Part shown: piece by piece, positions 40,234 through 50,240 of the stretch
Layout: each line of letters opens with the position of its first letter
How positions within the stretch are numbered: position 1 is the stretch's first letter
Assembly: GCA_965198115.1 (NCBI GenBank)
Contig: OZ240241.1
Coordinates: 4,640,001 to 4,704,000 of the forward strand
Length of the DNA: 64,000 bases
From: Candidatus Latescibacterota bacterium
GTDB lineage: Bacteria > Latescibacterota > UBA2968
Direction of reading: 5' to 3'
Made by a program: the position numbers and the translations under genes
The notes under the pieces: generated by a model
Told to the model about the DNA's origin: nothing
The model's input: the letters and a program-made list of their open reading frames with translations, nothing else
The model's database searches: none

Positions 40234-41865
40234 ATGACCGTTGCCGACGCCATCGCACATATCCTGAAAAAGGAGGGGGTCGACATCCTCTTCGCCTACC
40301 CCGTGAACGCCCTGATCGAAGCGGCTGCGAAGATCGACATCCGACCGATCCTGGTACGCCAGGAGCGCATCGGTCTCCACATGGCTGACGCCGTGAGCCG
40401 CCTGTCCTCAGGGGAACGAATCGGCGTCTTCTGCATGCAGACGGGCCCCGGAGCCGAAAATGCCTTCGGTGGCGTCGCTCAGGCGTTTGGCGAATCGGCA
40501 CCCGTTCTCGCACTCCCGGGTGGTTTCTCGCGACCGCTCGCGCACATCTCGCCCAACTTTTCGTCCTACCTGAACTTCCAGCACGTCACGAAATCGTGCG
40601 AAACCATCACGGTGCCCGATTCCGTCACGGAGGTCATGCGTCGAGCTTTTACGCAGCTCAGGAATGGCCGGCCTGGACCTGCGCTCGTCGAAATTCCAGG
40701 GGATGTCTTTGGAGCGGAGATCGACGACGTCGCATACACACCGACGCGCGCGGTCCGCATTGGCCCGGATCCCGATGCCATCGATGAAGCTGCAGCCGCC
40801 CTGGTCGACGCCGAACGCCCCGTCATCTACGCGGGCCAGGGCATTCACTACGCAAAGGCGTGGGACGCTCTTCGCGATCTCGCCGAACTGCTGGAAGCGC
40901 CCGTCACCACGACCATCGGCGGAAAGAGTGCCTTTCCCGAAAGCCACGATCTCGCCCTCGGCACAGCTGGCAGGACCGTATCGTCAGCCGTCCACACCTT
41001 CCTGACCGAATCCGATCTCATCTTCGGGATCGGAAACAGCTTCACGCGAACACCCTTCGGCGTGAAAATCCCGGACGGGAAGACCATCGTCCACGCCACG
41101 CTCGACCCGGGCGACCTCAACAAAGACGTCGAGGTGCACCACCCCGTCGTCGGCGACGCCGGCCTCGTCCTCGCGGCACTCCACGAAGCCATCTCCGACC
41201 GGCTCGGCGGCAAACCCAGAGGCCGTCGCAACGACATCGCCGCCAAAATCAATAGCCTGGACGAAACATGGCTGACACAGTGGCAACCGAAACTCACTGA
41301 CGCTTCGACGCCCTTCTCGCCCTATCGCGTCATCCGCGAGCTCAACACGATCGTCGACCTCAACAATACCATCGTCACCCACGACGCCGGAAGCCCACGC
41401 GATCAGATGACTCCCTTCTGGACGGCGACCGTTCCGCTCTCCTACATCGGCTGGGGCAAGACGACGCAGCTGGGGTACGGACTCGGGCTCGCCATGGGCG
41501 CCAAACTCGCCCATCCCGACAAGCTCTGTATCAACGTCTGGGGCGACGCGGCCATCGGTTTCACCGGAATGGACTTCGAGACCGCCGTCCGCGAGCGCAT
41601 CCCCATCCTATCCGTCCTCTTCAACAACGAATCGATGGCCATCGAACTGCCGATCATGCCCGTTTCAACAGAGAAATACCGAAGCACCGACATCTCCGGA
41701 AACTACGCGAAAATGGCCGAAGCTTTTGGTGGATATGGAGAGAGGATCGAGTCACCCGACGAGATCGTTCCCGCAATCGAACGCGGGATTCGAAAGACTG
41801 AAGAAGGCATGCCTGCCCTGCTCGAATTCAAAACGACTAAAGAGCTCGACCTTTCGCTTTTCTGA
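40234..41865 (+). CDS. Thiamine diphosphate-dependent enzyme (acetolactate synthase-like superfamily)
   Basis: RQERIG, GPGAEN, THDAGSP, LGYGLGLAMGAK, GDAAIG...NN. Confidence 0.9.
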   Translation: MTVADAIAHILKKEGVDILFAYPVNALIEAAAKIDIRPILVRQERIGLHMADAVSRLSSGERIGVFCMQTGPGAENAFGGVAQAFGESAPVLALPGGFSRPLAHISPNFSSYLNFQHVTKSCETITVPDSVTEVMRRAFTQLRNGRPGPALVEIPGDVFGAEIDDVAYTPTRAVRIGPDPDAIDEAAAALVDAERPVIYAGQGIHYAKAWDALRDLAELLEAPVTTTIGGKSAFPESHDLALGTAGRTVSSAVHTFLTESDLIFGIGNSFTRTPFGVKIPDGKTIVHATLDPGDLNKDVEVHHPVVGDAGLVLAALHEAISDRLGGKPRGRRNDIAAKINSLDETWLTQWQPKLTDASTPFSPYRVIRELNTIVDLNNTIVTHDAGSPRDQMTPFWTATVPLSYIGWGKTTQLGYGLGLAMGAKLAHPDKLCINVWGDAAIGFTGMDFETAVRERIPILSVLFNNESMAIELPIMPVSTEKYRSTDISGNYAKMAEAFGGYGERIESPDEIVPAIERGIRKTEEGMPALLEFKTTKELDLSLF

Positions 41866-41883
41866 CCATCTGAGGAGATCACC

Positions 41884-42756
41884 GTGAACGCGGACTGTCT
41901 GAAACACTCGCTGACGGAACCAGAACGCACGCAGTTCGAAGAAAACGGGTTCCTCTTCGTCGAGGACGCTTTGACACGCGAAGAGGTCGATCGACTAATC
42001 GCCGCAATCGATCGACTCCACGGCGAAGCGCTCGAAGCCGATCAGACCGAACAAGGAAAGCCGTGGGGCAAGGCGAACTTGCTGGGTCAGGATCAAGCCT
42101 TTCTCGACCTCGTCGACAACCCGATCGTCTTGCCAAAGATCTGGGGCATCATGGGGTGGAACATCTTCTCCTACCACACGCACCTCCACGTCAAACCACC
42201 CGCCGCCCAGGACACGGACGAGGCCGAAGGCTGGATGGAATGGCATCGTGACAGTGGTCAGGTCAACAAGGACATTCGCGTCCATCCCCCCGCCCGGCTC
42301 TCGCTCAAAGTCGCCTACTTCCTCACGGACGTCTCCGAACCGGGCCGAGGCAACTTCCACGTGATCCCAGGCAGCCATCTGTCCGACGAGATGCCCGAAT
42401 TCCACGAAGTCGGTCGCGATCCGCAGGAGAGAAAGGCAACCAGCATCCCCGACGACGCCTTCCCGATCTGCGCGAAACCCGGGACAGCGGTCTTTTTCGA
42501 CCGGCGAACCGTCCACGCCCGAAGCTCTAACGTCTCCGAATTCACGCGAAAGGCGGTCTTCTACGGCTACGGTCACCGTTGGATCAGCCCCAAGGACCCC
42601 ATGACCGTCGACCACGTCATCGAAGGCTGCGATCCCATCCGTCGCCAGCTGCTGGGCTACACCACTTCACCCAACGGCCGCTACGTTCCCACCGAAGAAG
42701 ATGTGCCCTTGCGCGCCTGGCTGGAAGAGCACGCGCCGGAGGAGATGTTGGTATAG
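41884..42756 (+). CDS. PhyH family Fe/2OG oxygenase, third member of the 15231/16167 clade
   Basis: WHRDSG, SLKVAYFLTD, PGRGNF, FFDRRTVH. Confidence 0.92.
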   Translation: MNADCLKHSLTEPERTQFEENGFLFVEDALTREEVDRLIAAIDRLHGEALEADQTEQGKPWGKANLLGQDQAFLDLVDNPIVLPKIWGIMGWNIFSYHTHLHVKPPAAQDTDEAEGWMEWHRDSGQVNKDIRVHPPARLSLKVAYFLTDVSEPGRGNFHVIPGSHLSDEMPEFHEVGRDPQERKATSIPDDAFPICAKPGTAVFFDRRTVHARSSNVSEFTRKAVFYGYGHRWISPKDPMTVDHVIEGCDPIRRQLLGYTTSPNGRYVPTEEDVPLRAWLEEHAPEEMLV

Positions 42757-42794
42757 ACCTAAGACTCTTTAGAGGCACGATCCATACCACCATC

Positions 42795-42827
42795 AAAAGG
42801 AGTACGCGGATCGCGCGTGCTCCTTTT
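42795..42827. terminator. Bidirectional-type intrinsic terminator
   Basis: AAAAGGAGTACGCG...CGCGTGCTCCTTTT. Confidence 0.7.
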
Positions 42828-42874
42828 AGTGTCTTTCATCGGTTTGGTCAAACATCATCTGTGGAAGGGAATGC

Positions 42875-43240
42875 ATGAAAGCAAGGAATCCGATTGTGAT
42901 CCCTTACGTTCACGACATGGATCGCGCGATCGCCTTTTACACTGGCGTCTTCGACGTGAAGCCGACTTTCGCGTCGGACGGATGGACGCAACTCGACTTC
43001 GGAGGCCTTGAAGTCGCCCTTCACATCATCGATCCTTCGTGGGGTCCGGAAAACGAGAGTCTCCTTCCGCACGCAGGGCTGAACCTGGAGGTTGACCGAA
43101 TCGAGGAGATCCAGGCGGACATCGAACGACTCGGCGGCAGACTGATCGAGCTACGGGAACCCCACAACGGAGTTCCCGTCCGAGTCGCAGTCTTCAAGGA
43201 TTCGGAAGGCAATGGATTCGAACTTCGACAGCAGCCGTAG
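42875..43240 (+). CDS. VOC/glyoxalase family protein
   Basis: VHDMDRAIAFY, FKDSEGNGFEL. Confidence 0.88.
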   Translation: MKARNPIVIPYVHDMDRAIAFYTGVFDVKPTFASDGWTQLDFGGLEVALHIIDPSWGPENESLLPHAGLNLEVDRIEEIQADIERLGGRLIELREPHNGVPVRVAVFKDSEGNGFELRQQP

Positions 43241-43270
43241 TGATTGGCTCATCGGATGTGGAGGAATCAA

Positions 43271-45196
43271 TTGAGCTCAGCTGAAGTTTCTGCTTCAACG
43301 TCACTTGCCTACACAACCCCGGATCGTCTCGCCCAAGACTTCGCCAGTCGCGGGATCGTCGTGTTGTCACCCGAAAGTCTCGGAATCTCGCTCGACGTTC
43401 ACGAGCGGGTATTCAGAGACGAGAAGCTGGCGGATGAAGCGGGAGAACGCGTTACGCCTTCGCGGATCCCGGCCGTCCTGGAGGTACTTAACGCACCCGG
43501 TCTGGTCGAAGCCTGTAATCAGCTCGCCGGGGAAAACTGGGCCATCGTCCCCTTCACGCACAATGCCTCTTTCAAGAGCGGACCACGAGACCAGCACTGG
43601 CACAAGGACGACAACGGACCCTACAATAGCCGCAAGCAGCGTCACCACCAGGCCGTCCAGATCGAGATGCTCTACTACCCTCAGGAAGTGCGAGAGGACA
43701 TGGGGCCGACGGCCACGATTCCCTATTCCCACTACTGGACCTTTGATCACGAAGAGAACCACGACAACTTCGCGGGCGCCGATCATCTCGACTTCAACTA
43801 CCAACTCGAGGGAATGGAACGCGTCCGCCCCAGCGGGCCCGACTCCGGTTACGATGTCGAAGACATCGTCAACCAGCGTACTCCGCACGACATTCGGATG
43901 CGAGAGGCTGTTACGAACACCCGGTGGCCGATCGTTCGTCAGTTCGAGGCGGCCCCACTCGACGCAGGCACCATTATCCTCTATTCCCATAACACCTTCC
44001 ATCGCGGCAATCATCGTCGCGATGATTGGCGGACCTGGGAGGGCGACCCGCGCTTCATGTGGCGCTTCTGGATCTATCGAACCACGGATCGCACGTCGAT
44101 CACCGTCCCGGAGATCGACTGGAATGGGCTTGGAACCGACGCGTTGACCGGAATCGATCTGTCCGACGCGGGCGAAGACGTCACCGTCCTCTGGCGATAC
44201 CACCACCACTGGATCCAGACTTGTCAGCCACCACCGCCACGAACCGAAGCAGCGACACTGTCGCCCTCTACCCGAAGCGAGGAGGCCGATCGACTCTCGG
44301 ATCAACTTCGAGCGAAGTTCGATGAATCCGAGCCCAAGCGCATCGGCGCAGCGTATCGATTGGCATCGATCGGAGATGTCGAACTCGCTGTGAGGCATCT
44401 CGGCGAGGTACTCTACGACCATCGTGAGAGCGTCAGGCGCGCAGCCACCTATGGTCTCATCGCAGTCGGTGAACAGTCGGCCGACACTTTCATCAAGGCG
44501 ACGCGTTCGCCCGTCAAGTGGGTGCGCAAAGCCGGGGTCTACGGATTGGGCGACGCGAGTCCACTGACCAACCAGGTGCTCGAAGCCGTCGTTGCGCGAC
44601 TTCACCAAGACCCTTCTGTCTACGTCAGATCGGTCGCCGCGGGAACGTTGGGCTGTCTCGGTAGACGGGCAATAGCAACTGGTGTGGGCACCTCCTTGAT
44701 TCCAGCATGCCTCGAGGCACTCGTGCAGAGTCTGGCCGTAGAAGAAAATCGTATCTCAATGGATCTGGCGCAGGGCCGGAGCATCAAATTCGTCCGTCCG
44801 ACCGATGAGTGCGACGTCTGCGAGGGCGGTGGCGTCGACTTCGGTCTCGATCGATTCAGCCGTGTCCGATCGGCTGTGCGGGAAAACGCCCTATGGTCCG
44901 TCGTCATTCTCTGTTCACACGGGACGCGGGTGACAGGTTCCGCACTGGAGTTAACTATTCAAGCTCTCAGAGAGATCGTCCGCACCGACGAAAACGTCAT
45001 CTGTGTCGGGTTCGCCCAGGATGCTCTGACCCGTCTGGCTAAGCTCACCCCACCGGACGAAGAGAGCGGCTCTCTGGTCAACGACCTCAGAGAGAATCTT
45101 ATCTCGGTCCTGGGTGAGGCACCCGTTCGACCCTGGGAAGCGCTCGTTCGTGCCGGTCTCGATGCCGACGCCCTGTCCGAATTCACGAAGTCCTGA
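43271..45196 (+). CDS. PhyH-like dioxygenase fused to HEAT/PBS-lyase repeats
   Basis: WHKDD, MGPT..IPYSHY, TFHRGN; C-terminal ESVRRAATYGL, WVRKAGVYGLG, YVRSVAAGTLG, AVRENALWS. Confidence 0.8.
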   Translation: MSSAEVSASTSLAYTTPDRLAQDFASRGIVVLSPESLGISLDVHERVFRDEKLADEAGERVTPSRIPAVLEVLNAPGLVEACNQLAGENWAIVPFTHNASFKSGPRDQHWHKDDNGPYNSRKQRHHQAVQIEMLYYPQEVREDMGPTATIPYSHYWTFDHEENHDNFAGADHLDFNYQLEGMERVRPSGPDSGYDVEDIVNQRTPHDIRMREAVTNTRWPIVRQFEAAPLDAGTIILYSHNTFHRGNHRRDDWRTWEGDPRFMWRFWIYRTTDRTSITVPEIDWNGLGTDALTGIDLSDAGEDVTVLWRYHHHWIQTCQPPPPRTEAATLSPSTRSEEADRLSDQLRAKFDESEPKRIGAAYRLASIGDVELAVRHLGEVLYDHRESVRRAATYGLIAVGEQSADTFIKATRSPVKWVRKAGVYGLGDASPLTNQVLEAVVARLHQDPSVYVRSVAAGTLGCLGRRAIATGVGTSLIPACLEALVQSLAVEENRISMDLAQGRSIKFVRPTDECDVCEGGGVDFGLDRFSRVRSAVRENALWSVVILCSHGTRVTGSALELTIQALREIVRTDENVICVGFAQDALTRLAKLTPPDEESGSLVNDLRENLISVLGEAPVRPWEALVRAGLDADALSEFTKS

Positions 45197-45217
45197 GAGA
45201 TCAAGGATCTGAGTATC

Positions 45218-46096
45218 GTGGGTTGTTTGACTGAACAAGCGGATGGTTTCGAATTCGAAACGGAGGCAATGGCCGGACGCATCGCGCCCGAGGGCGCTTA
45301 CCACGGCGTGTGGGCGCTTCGTGACAAAGCGTCTGGCCAGGAGTTGATTCATCCCGACTATTCGGCGTTGAACCTGTTTCGTCTGTTTGCCGTACATCAA
45401 GGCATGGGACAGCCCAGAACCTTGCCACGATCCGTCGACTGCGACGGCGACAGCGTGACGATCCGCTGGGCACCCACGGATGCTCATCAAGGGGACATCG
45501 AAGCCCGGTATGCGATCACGGGGCCTGCATCTATCGACCTGACCGTGAGTACGCGAATCCACGGCACCTATGCGGGCTACGAGCTTTTCCTGTCCAGCTA
45601 TTTCGATCCCGACCTTCGCCCCTACGTGTACTTGAAGGGTAACCGTTACGGCCAATCGGCAGATGGTCAGGACCGCGTGTGTCCAACCGTCAGCGACGTC
45701 TTTCGAGGCACTGTACTCGTCTTTGCGCGGGACGCCCACGCATCAAGACGCTGTATCGACGGCCGATGGGACCGGAGCGAGTGGGAATCCCCGACAGTTC
45801 AAATGTGCCCCGTTCGTCACTATGCCGTTCCCGTCGCGTATCTCGAAGATGCCGAACACGGCCGCGCCGTCGTGTTGATGTCTAGAGCAGAGGAATGTAG
45901 TTCGATCAGCACGCGCTACTTCGCAGAGAACGAAGCCGACAGGATGACATCCTACAGCGCCTTCGACTTTTCGCTCTTCGGACAAGACGTCGTCCCATCG
46001 CAGGAGATACACGCTCGCGTGCGGATGACGCTTGTCTCCCTGACCGACGAGTCGGATGCCGCATTGGATGCATACGAGGCCTTCCAAAGCGAGTAA
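45218..46096 (+). CDS. Hypothetical protein, possibly a galactose mutarotase-like beta-sandwich
   Basis: 292-aa ORF in operon orientation; beta-rich; YELFLSSYF and FSLFGQD motifs. Confidence 0.55.
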   Translation: MGCLTEQADGFEFETEAMAGRIAPEGAYHGVWALRDKASGQELIHPDYSALNLFRLFAVHQGMGQPRTLPRSVDCDGDSVTIRWAPTDAHQGDIEARYAITGPASIDLTVSTRIHGTYAGYELFLSSYFDPDLRPYVYLKGNRYGQSADGQDRVCPTVSDVFRGTVLVFARDAHASRRCIDGRWDRSEWESPTVQMCPVRHYAVPVAYLEDAEHGRAVVLMSRAEECSSISTRYFAENEADRMTSYSAFDFSLFGQDVVPSQEIHARVRMTLVSLTDESDAALDAYEAFQSE

Positions 46097-46267
46097 GCGA
46101 GGGCGGACCTTGGTCACTCCCGGTTTGCGAAAGTGGCTCCAGTCGTGCTTCGATACAACCTGCTCCTGGCGTCTCAAAGGGCTGCGCCTTTAGCGCCATA
46201 CAGCTGAGGTCACTCAGCATGACCGGAGGCTCGTCCGGTCGTCACAGACCGTGATTACGTTATCATC

Positions 46268-47389
46268 GTGCCCCATCCCCGATCTGACAAAAAGTCGCGT
46301 CCGAAGAAACCTCGAGGGCGTAAGGCACCATCGAAAAGAGGTGGCTCCGAGCAGCGTTCGGAGTATCTGTGGACGGTATCGGCTCTCGAGGGAACGCAAG
46401 ATCTTGTTCGCGATGAATTGATACGGCGATTCGGCAGCGACTGTTCGATCGTCGACCACGGACGATCGGATGAGGTCCATTTTGGATTCCGTGGACCAGC
46501 GAACAAGCTTCTGTCCATCGCGACAGCTCAGACGCTTCATCTGCGGAAGGATTTCGCTGTACACCGCCCGCGAACGCTACTTAGCCCCGAACACACGGCA
46601 GCGCTTGTTGAGTTGATCGAAAATGCTCAGAGGGTTGAAGGCAAGGACAAGGTCTCGGGATTCAGATTCGACGCGGCGGGGTCAGGATCACCGACCATGC
46701 TTCGCATCGCCGAACAGCTCGAGAATCGCCTGGGAATGCCTTTCGATCGGGACAACGGAGACTGTGTCATCGCCTTCCGCCCCAGCGAGAAGGGCTGGGA
46801 AGTACTGTGCCGTGTCGGGAACCGGCCTCTTGCGACGAGAGATTGGCGCAAGGTCAACTATCGCGGGAGTCTGAACGCCGCGATCGCGTCGTGCATGGTC
46901 GAGCTGACCCGTCCCAAGAGGGAGGATCGATACCTCAACCTGATGTGCGGCAGCGGGACGCTCCTGATCGAACGTCTGCTCCGCCAGCGCCCCCGCACGG
47001 CGGTGGGCGTCGATATTTCCGAAACGGCTGTGACAGCCTGTCGCCAGAACGCGGAAGCGGCGCGATTATCGGAGCACTTGCAGATCGTCACCGGCGATGC
47101 GCGGACTGTTGGATTCCGGGATGCATCATTCGACGCCATCACATCGGATCTACCGTATGGGGACGAGCACGGCTCTCGCTCGTCGAATGTGTCTCTGTAT
47201 CGGGATGCGCTCGGAGAAGCAGCACGTCTGTGCCGGTCAGGCGGAGTCGCAGTCGTTTTGACACAGGACATTCCTTCTCTCGAAGCTATCCTGCCGGAGG
47301 CACTGAAAAAGTGGAACGTCATCGATGAACGAAGAATCGTCCAACGCGAGTATCATCCCCTATGTATGACGTTTCAGAGAAAGGGGTGA
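46268..47389 (+). CDS. RNA methyltransferase (THUMP/UPF0020-like)
   Basis: RPLATRDWR, GSLNAAIA, MCGSGTLLIE, DLPYG. Confidence 0.85.
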   Translation: MPHPRSDKKSRPKKPRGRKAPSKRGGSEQRSEYLWTVSALEGTQDLVRDELIRRFGSDCSIVDHGRSDEVHFGFRGPANKLLSIATAQTLHLRKDFAVHRPRTLLSPEHTAALVELIENAQRVEGKDKVSGFRFDAAGSGSPTMLRIAEQLENRLGMPFDRDNGDCVIAFRPSEKGWEVLCRVGNRPLATRDWRKVNYRGSLNAAIASCMVELTRPKREDRYLNLMCGSGTLLIERLLRQRPRTAVGVDISETAVTACRQNAEAARLSEHLQIVTGDARTVGFRDASFDAITSDLPYGDEHGSRSSNVSLYRDALGEAARLCRSGGVAVVLTQDIPSLEAILPEALKKWNVIDERRIVQREYHPLCMTFQRKG

Positions 47390-47486
47390 AGGCCCGGAAT
47401 CAAGGCAGAGGCCAAGCTTCGCCTACTCAGAATGGAGCACATTCAACTTGCGATTCTAACTTCTGAAGACATAGCGGGAGAAGTCC

Positions 47487-47891
47487 GTGGAAATCCTATA
47501 TAAGAACAAGGACTCAGGCGTCTGCTGGGAGAGGGTTTCTGAATTGTTCGAAGCCGTTGGATGGGGTAGAAGATCTCCCGGTGATCTCAAGCAGGCTTTT
47601 GAGAAAAGCACCTACGTTCGAATCGCGTATCATCGAGAAAGGATCGTCGGGGTCGGAAGAACAGTTGATGATGGCCGCTACTATGGTATGATCGTAGATC
47701 TGGTGGTTGATCCTGACTATCAAAGGAAAGGCATTGGCTCAACGATTCTTGAGCAGTTAAGAGAGGAGATGGCAGGATTCTTGATCATATCCCTGACCGC
47801 TGCCCCGGACAAATACAGATTCTATCTGGAGCGAGGATGGAAGAGGTCCAAATCGGCATTTCATTGGCCTGGTCGCGTGAATGATGATTGA
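47487..47891 (+). CDS. GNAT acetyltransferase
   Basis: IVDLVVDPDYQRKGIG, FYLERGW. Confidence 0.9.
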   Translation: MEILYKNKDSGVCWERVSELFEAVGWGRRSPGDLKQAFEKSTYVRIAYHRERIVGVGRTVDDGRYYGMIVDLVVDPDYQRKGIGSTILEQLREEMAGFLIISLTAAPDKYRFYLERGWKRSKSAFHWPGRVNDD

Positions 47892-47984
47892 TCCAAAGAC
47901 GCGCTCCTTGTCTTGTAGTTCCCGGCTGCACCAGCCCTTGACACGACCTCAAAGATCCTGTCAAACGCGAAAGGATAGCAGATA

Positions 47985-49049
47985 ATGCCTGATCCGAATC
48001 TGAAGCAGGTCGAGCCCCTGACGACCAGTCAGATCGCCCAGTTCAAACGCGATGGCTTTCTCGTTCTCCCTTCGGTCCTCGACCCGGAGCTTTGCGCGCG
48101 GGCCCGCGACGAAATGTGGGAGACAATCGACGAGCACCTTCCCCGAATGAAGAGGGACGATCCCACAACGTGGACTCACATCACCGAAGAGGAAAACGCG
48201 AGACTCAGCGTCAGACCGGACGGTGGTGGGGATCCCTACTTCAACGGCAACGGCCCCAGATTCACGGTCAGAAACGGTGCGGAGGAAATCCTGCTGAACC
48301 TCGCTCCTCGTGCGTTGTGGAAGGTCGCTGAGCAACTTCTGGGAGAAGGAACCGTGGTACGGCCGGACGGCCTGGACGCGTCGGGCACTGCGACCGGTCC
48401 GGCCTTCATGTGCGACGACGTCGTAGGCGGGCTCGTCTCGCACGTGGGCCACGACATGGGATGGCCCCCCGAAGGAACCTTTGCAACGGAGCAGGACCTG
48501 CGATTGCCGAAGACCGGACCTGTCTGGCTGAACGGACAGGGCACGCGTGGACTGTATTGTACGTTACCGAAGAGCCCGGATCCCGGCGCCGATTTCCGCG
48601 GCGCCCACTCCGATGGTCCGTGCTATGGCCGCTTTCGTTTGCAGATATCGGCCTACATCGACGACGTGCCGCCTGGCTGTGGAGGTTTCACGATCTGGCC
48701 CGGGAGCCACGCACGGATCTGGCCGGAGCAATGGGAGGCCTTCAAGGAGGGCGAAAAGCACACGGACAAACATCTGGCCGTGCGCAAAGCGGGCGGCTAC
48801 ACCGATCCCGTCATCGGTGAGATCAAGGCCGACACCGAACCGGTCGATTGCCACGGCCCTGCGGGGACCGTGGTGCTGTGGCATACCAAGATCCTGCACA
48901 TCGCCGGACAGAACGCTTCCGACAACGTCATCCGTAAGGCCACGATCTACGGTTTCCTCAAGACGCCCAAGGCCCTCCCCGACCCGCTCGTCACAGACAA
49001 CACGGACGGTGATCTGTGGCGGGACTGGTCCGACGAGGTGCGGGCGTGA
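47985..49049 (+). CDS. PhyH-like Fe/2OG oxygenase
   Basis: QFKRDGFLVL, AHSDG, GGFTIWPGSH, GTVVLWH..LH.AGQN. Confidence 0.85.
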   Translation: MPDPNLKQVEPLTTSQIAQFKRDGFLVLPSVLDPELCARARDEMWETIDEHLPRMKRDDPTTWTHITEEENARLSVRPDGGGDPYFNGNGPRFTVRNGAEEILLNLAPRALWKVAEQLLGEGTVVRPDGLDASGTATGPAFMCDDVVGGLVSHVGHDMGWPPEGTFATEQDLRLPKTGPVWLNGQGTRGLYCTLPKSPDPGADFRGAHSDGPCYGRFRLQISAYIDDVPPGCGGFTIWPGSHARIWPEQWEAFKEGEKHTDKHLAVRKAGGYTDPVIGEIKADTEPVDCHGPAGTVVLWHTKILHIAGQNASDNVIRKATIYGFLKTPKALPDPLVTDNTDGDLWRDWSDEVRA

Positions 49050-49119
49050 TTCCCAAGACGATCTGATCCACACGGACGCGGAGTTGCACCGCAACATCTG
49101 CGAATTCAGGAGGCGGAAG

Positions 49120-50186
49120 ATGACACCGAGGATGGAACCGATCACAGATGCGAGTGCGTGGACGGGCGACGACCTTCAACGGGACGCTTCCTGGACATTC
49201 AGCGTCACCGAGAAGCACAAGGCCGATCTCGATCAGGCCATTCGTCAGGTCAAAGATCGCGGAATGCAATTTGCGGAGATCACATCCGAAGACTTCCCAC
49301 TCCCCTCGATGAAGGAAACCCTCCAAGACCTTCTGGACGAGCTTCGCACGGGAAGAGGGTTCGCGGTCCTCAGCGACGTCCCGACGAGCTATGACTACGA
49401 AGACCTGGAGAGACTGTATTGGGGTCTCTGCGCCCACCTGGGCACGGGAGTGACACAGAACAAAGAGGCTGGCCTGATCCACTACATCACCGACGGAGAG
49501 CTGCGGCCTCAGAAAGGCGCACGCCTTCTCGGCAAACCGACACCCGTCAAACTGCACGTCGACCTCGCCGATTGCGTTGGTCTCTTTTGCATAATACGCC
49601 AGGCACCCGACGATCCGCAGAGCCTGGCCTCGAGTTCCATGACCGTCTACAACGAAATCCTGAAGCATCATCCGGAATACCTGACCCGTCTCTACGAGGG
49701 CTTCCCGTGGAAACGGATCGATTCTCCGTTCGACGAAACGCCATACTCCGACTTCAATGTCCCCGCTTACAGTGAGGCCGACGGCGTCGTGACCTGTCGC
49801 TTTCACCCCGGTTGGATCCGAGGGGGGTTGAAGGCCGCGGGAAAGGAACTCACCGACGACGAAACAGAGATCTTCGACTTCATCGCGCAGACAGCCGTGG
49901 CGAACAGCTTCGCCTTCCCCTGCGTACGGGTGATATCGCCTTCTTCAACAACTACACCGTTTTCCACGGTCGCGATGGCCACGCGGAGATCGAAGAGGAG
50001 TCGGACAAGCGTGTCCTCCTGCGGATCTGGATGAACCTGCCGGATGTCCGGCCCTTCGCGGACGAGGGGGCGGTCCGCTACGGTGCGCTCCGTCACGGTC
50101 ATATGGGTTGGACAGCCGCCGACTTGAGCGCTGGCAATCACAACACGCCTCATCGCAAACGCGACGATGGCGTGCCGGAGGTATAG
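49120..50186 (+). CDS. TauD/TfdA family dioxygenase, frameshift near 49920
   Basis: GRGFAVL, LHVDLAD; GDIAFFNNYTVFHGR...RVLLRIW in the next frame. Confidence 0.87.
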
Positions 50187-50191
50187 TGAGG

Positions 50192-50219
50192 GTAGGGTCA
50201 CGGCATGCCGTGACCCTAC
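50192..50219. repeat. GTAG-type REP, perfect 28-bp palindrome
   Basis: GTAGGGTCACGGCATGCCGTGACCCTAC. Confidence 0.8.
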
Positions 50220-50240
50220 GACAACCGACAAAGATCACCC

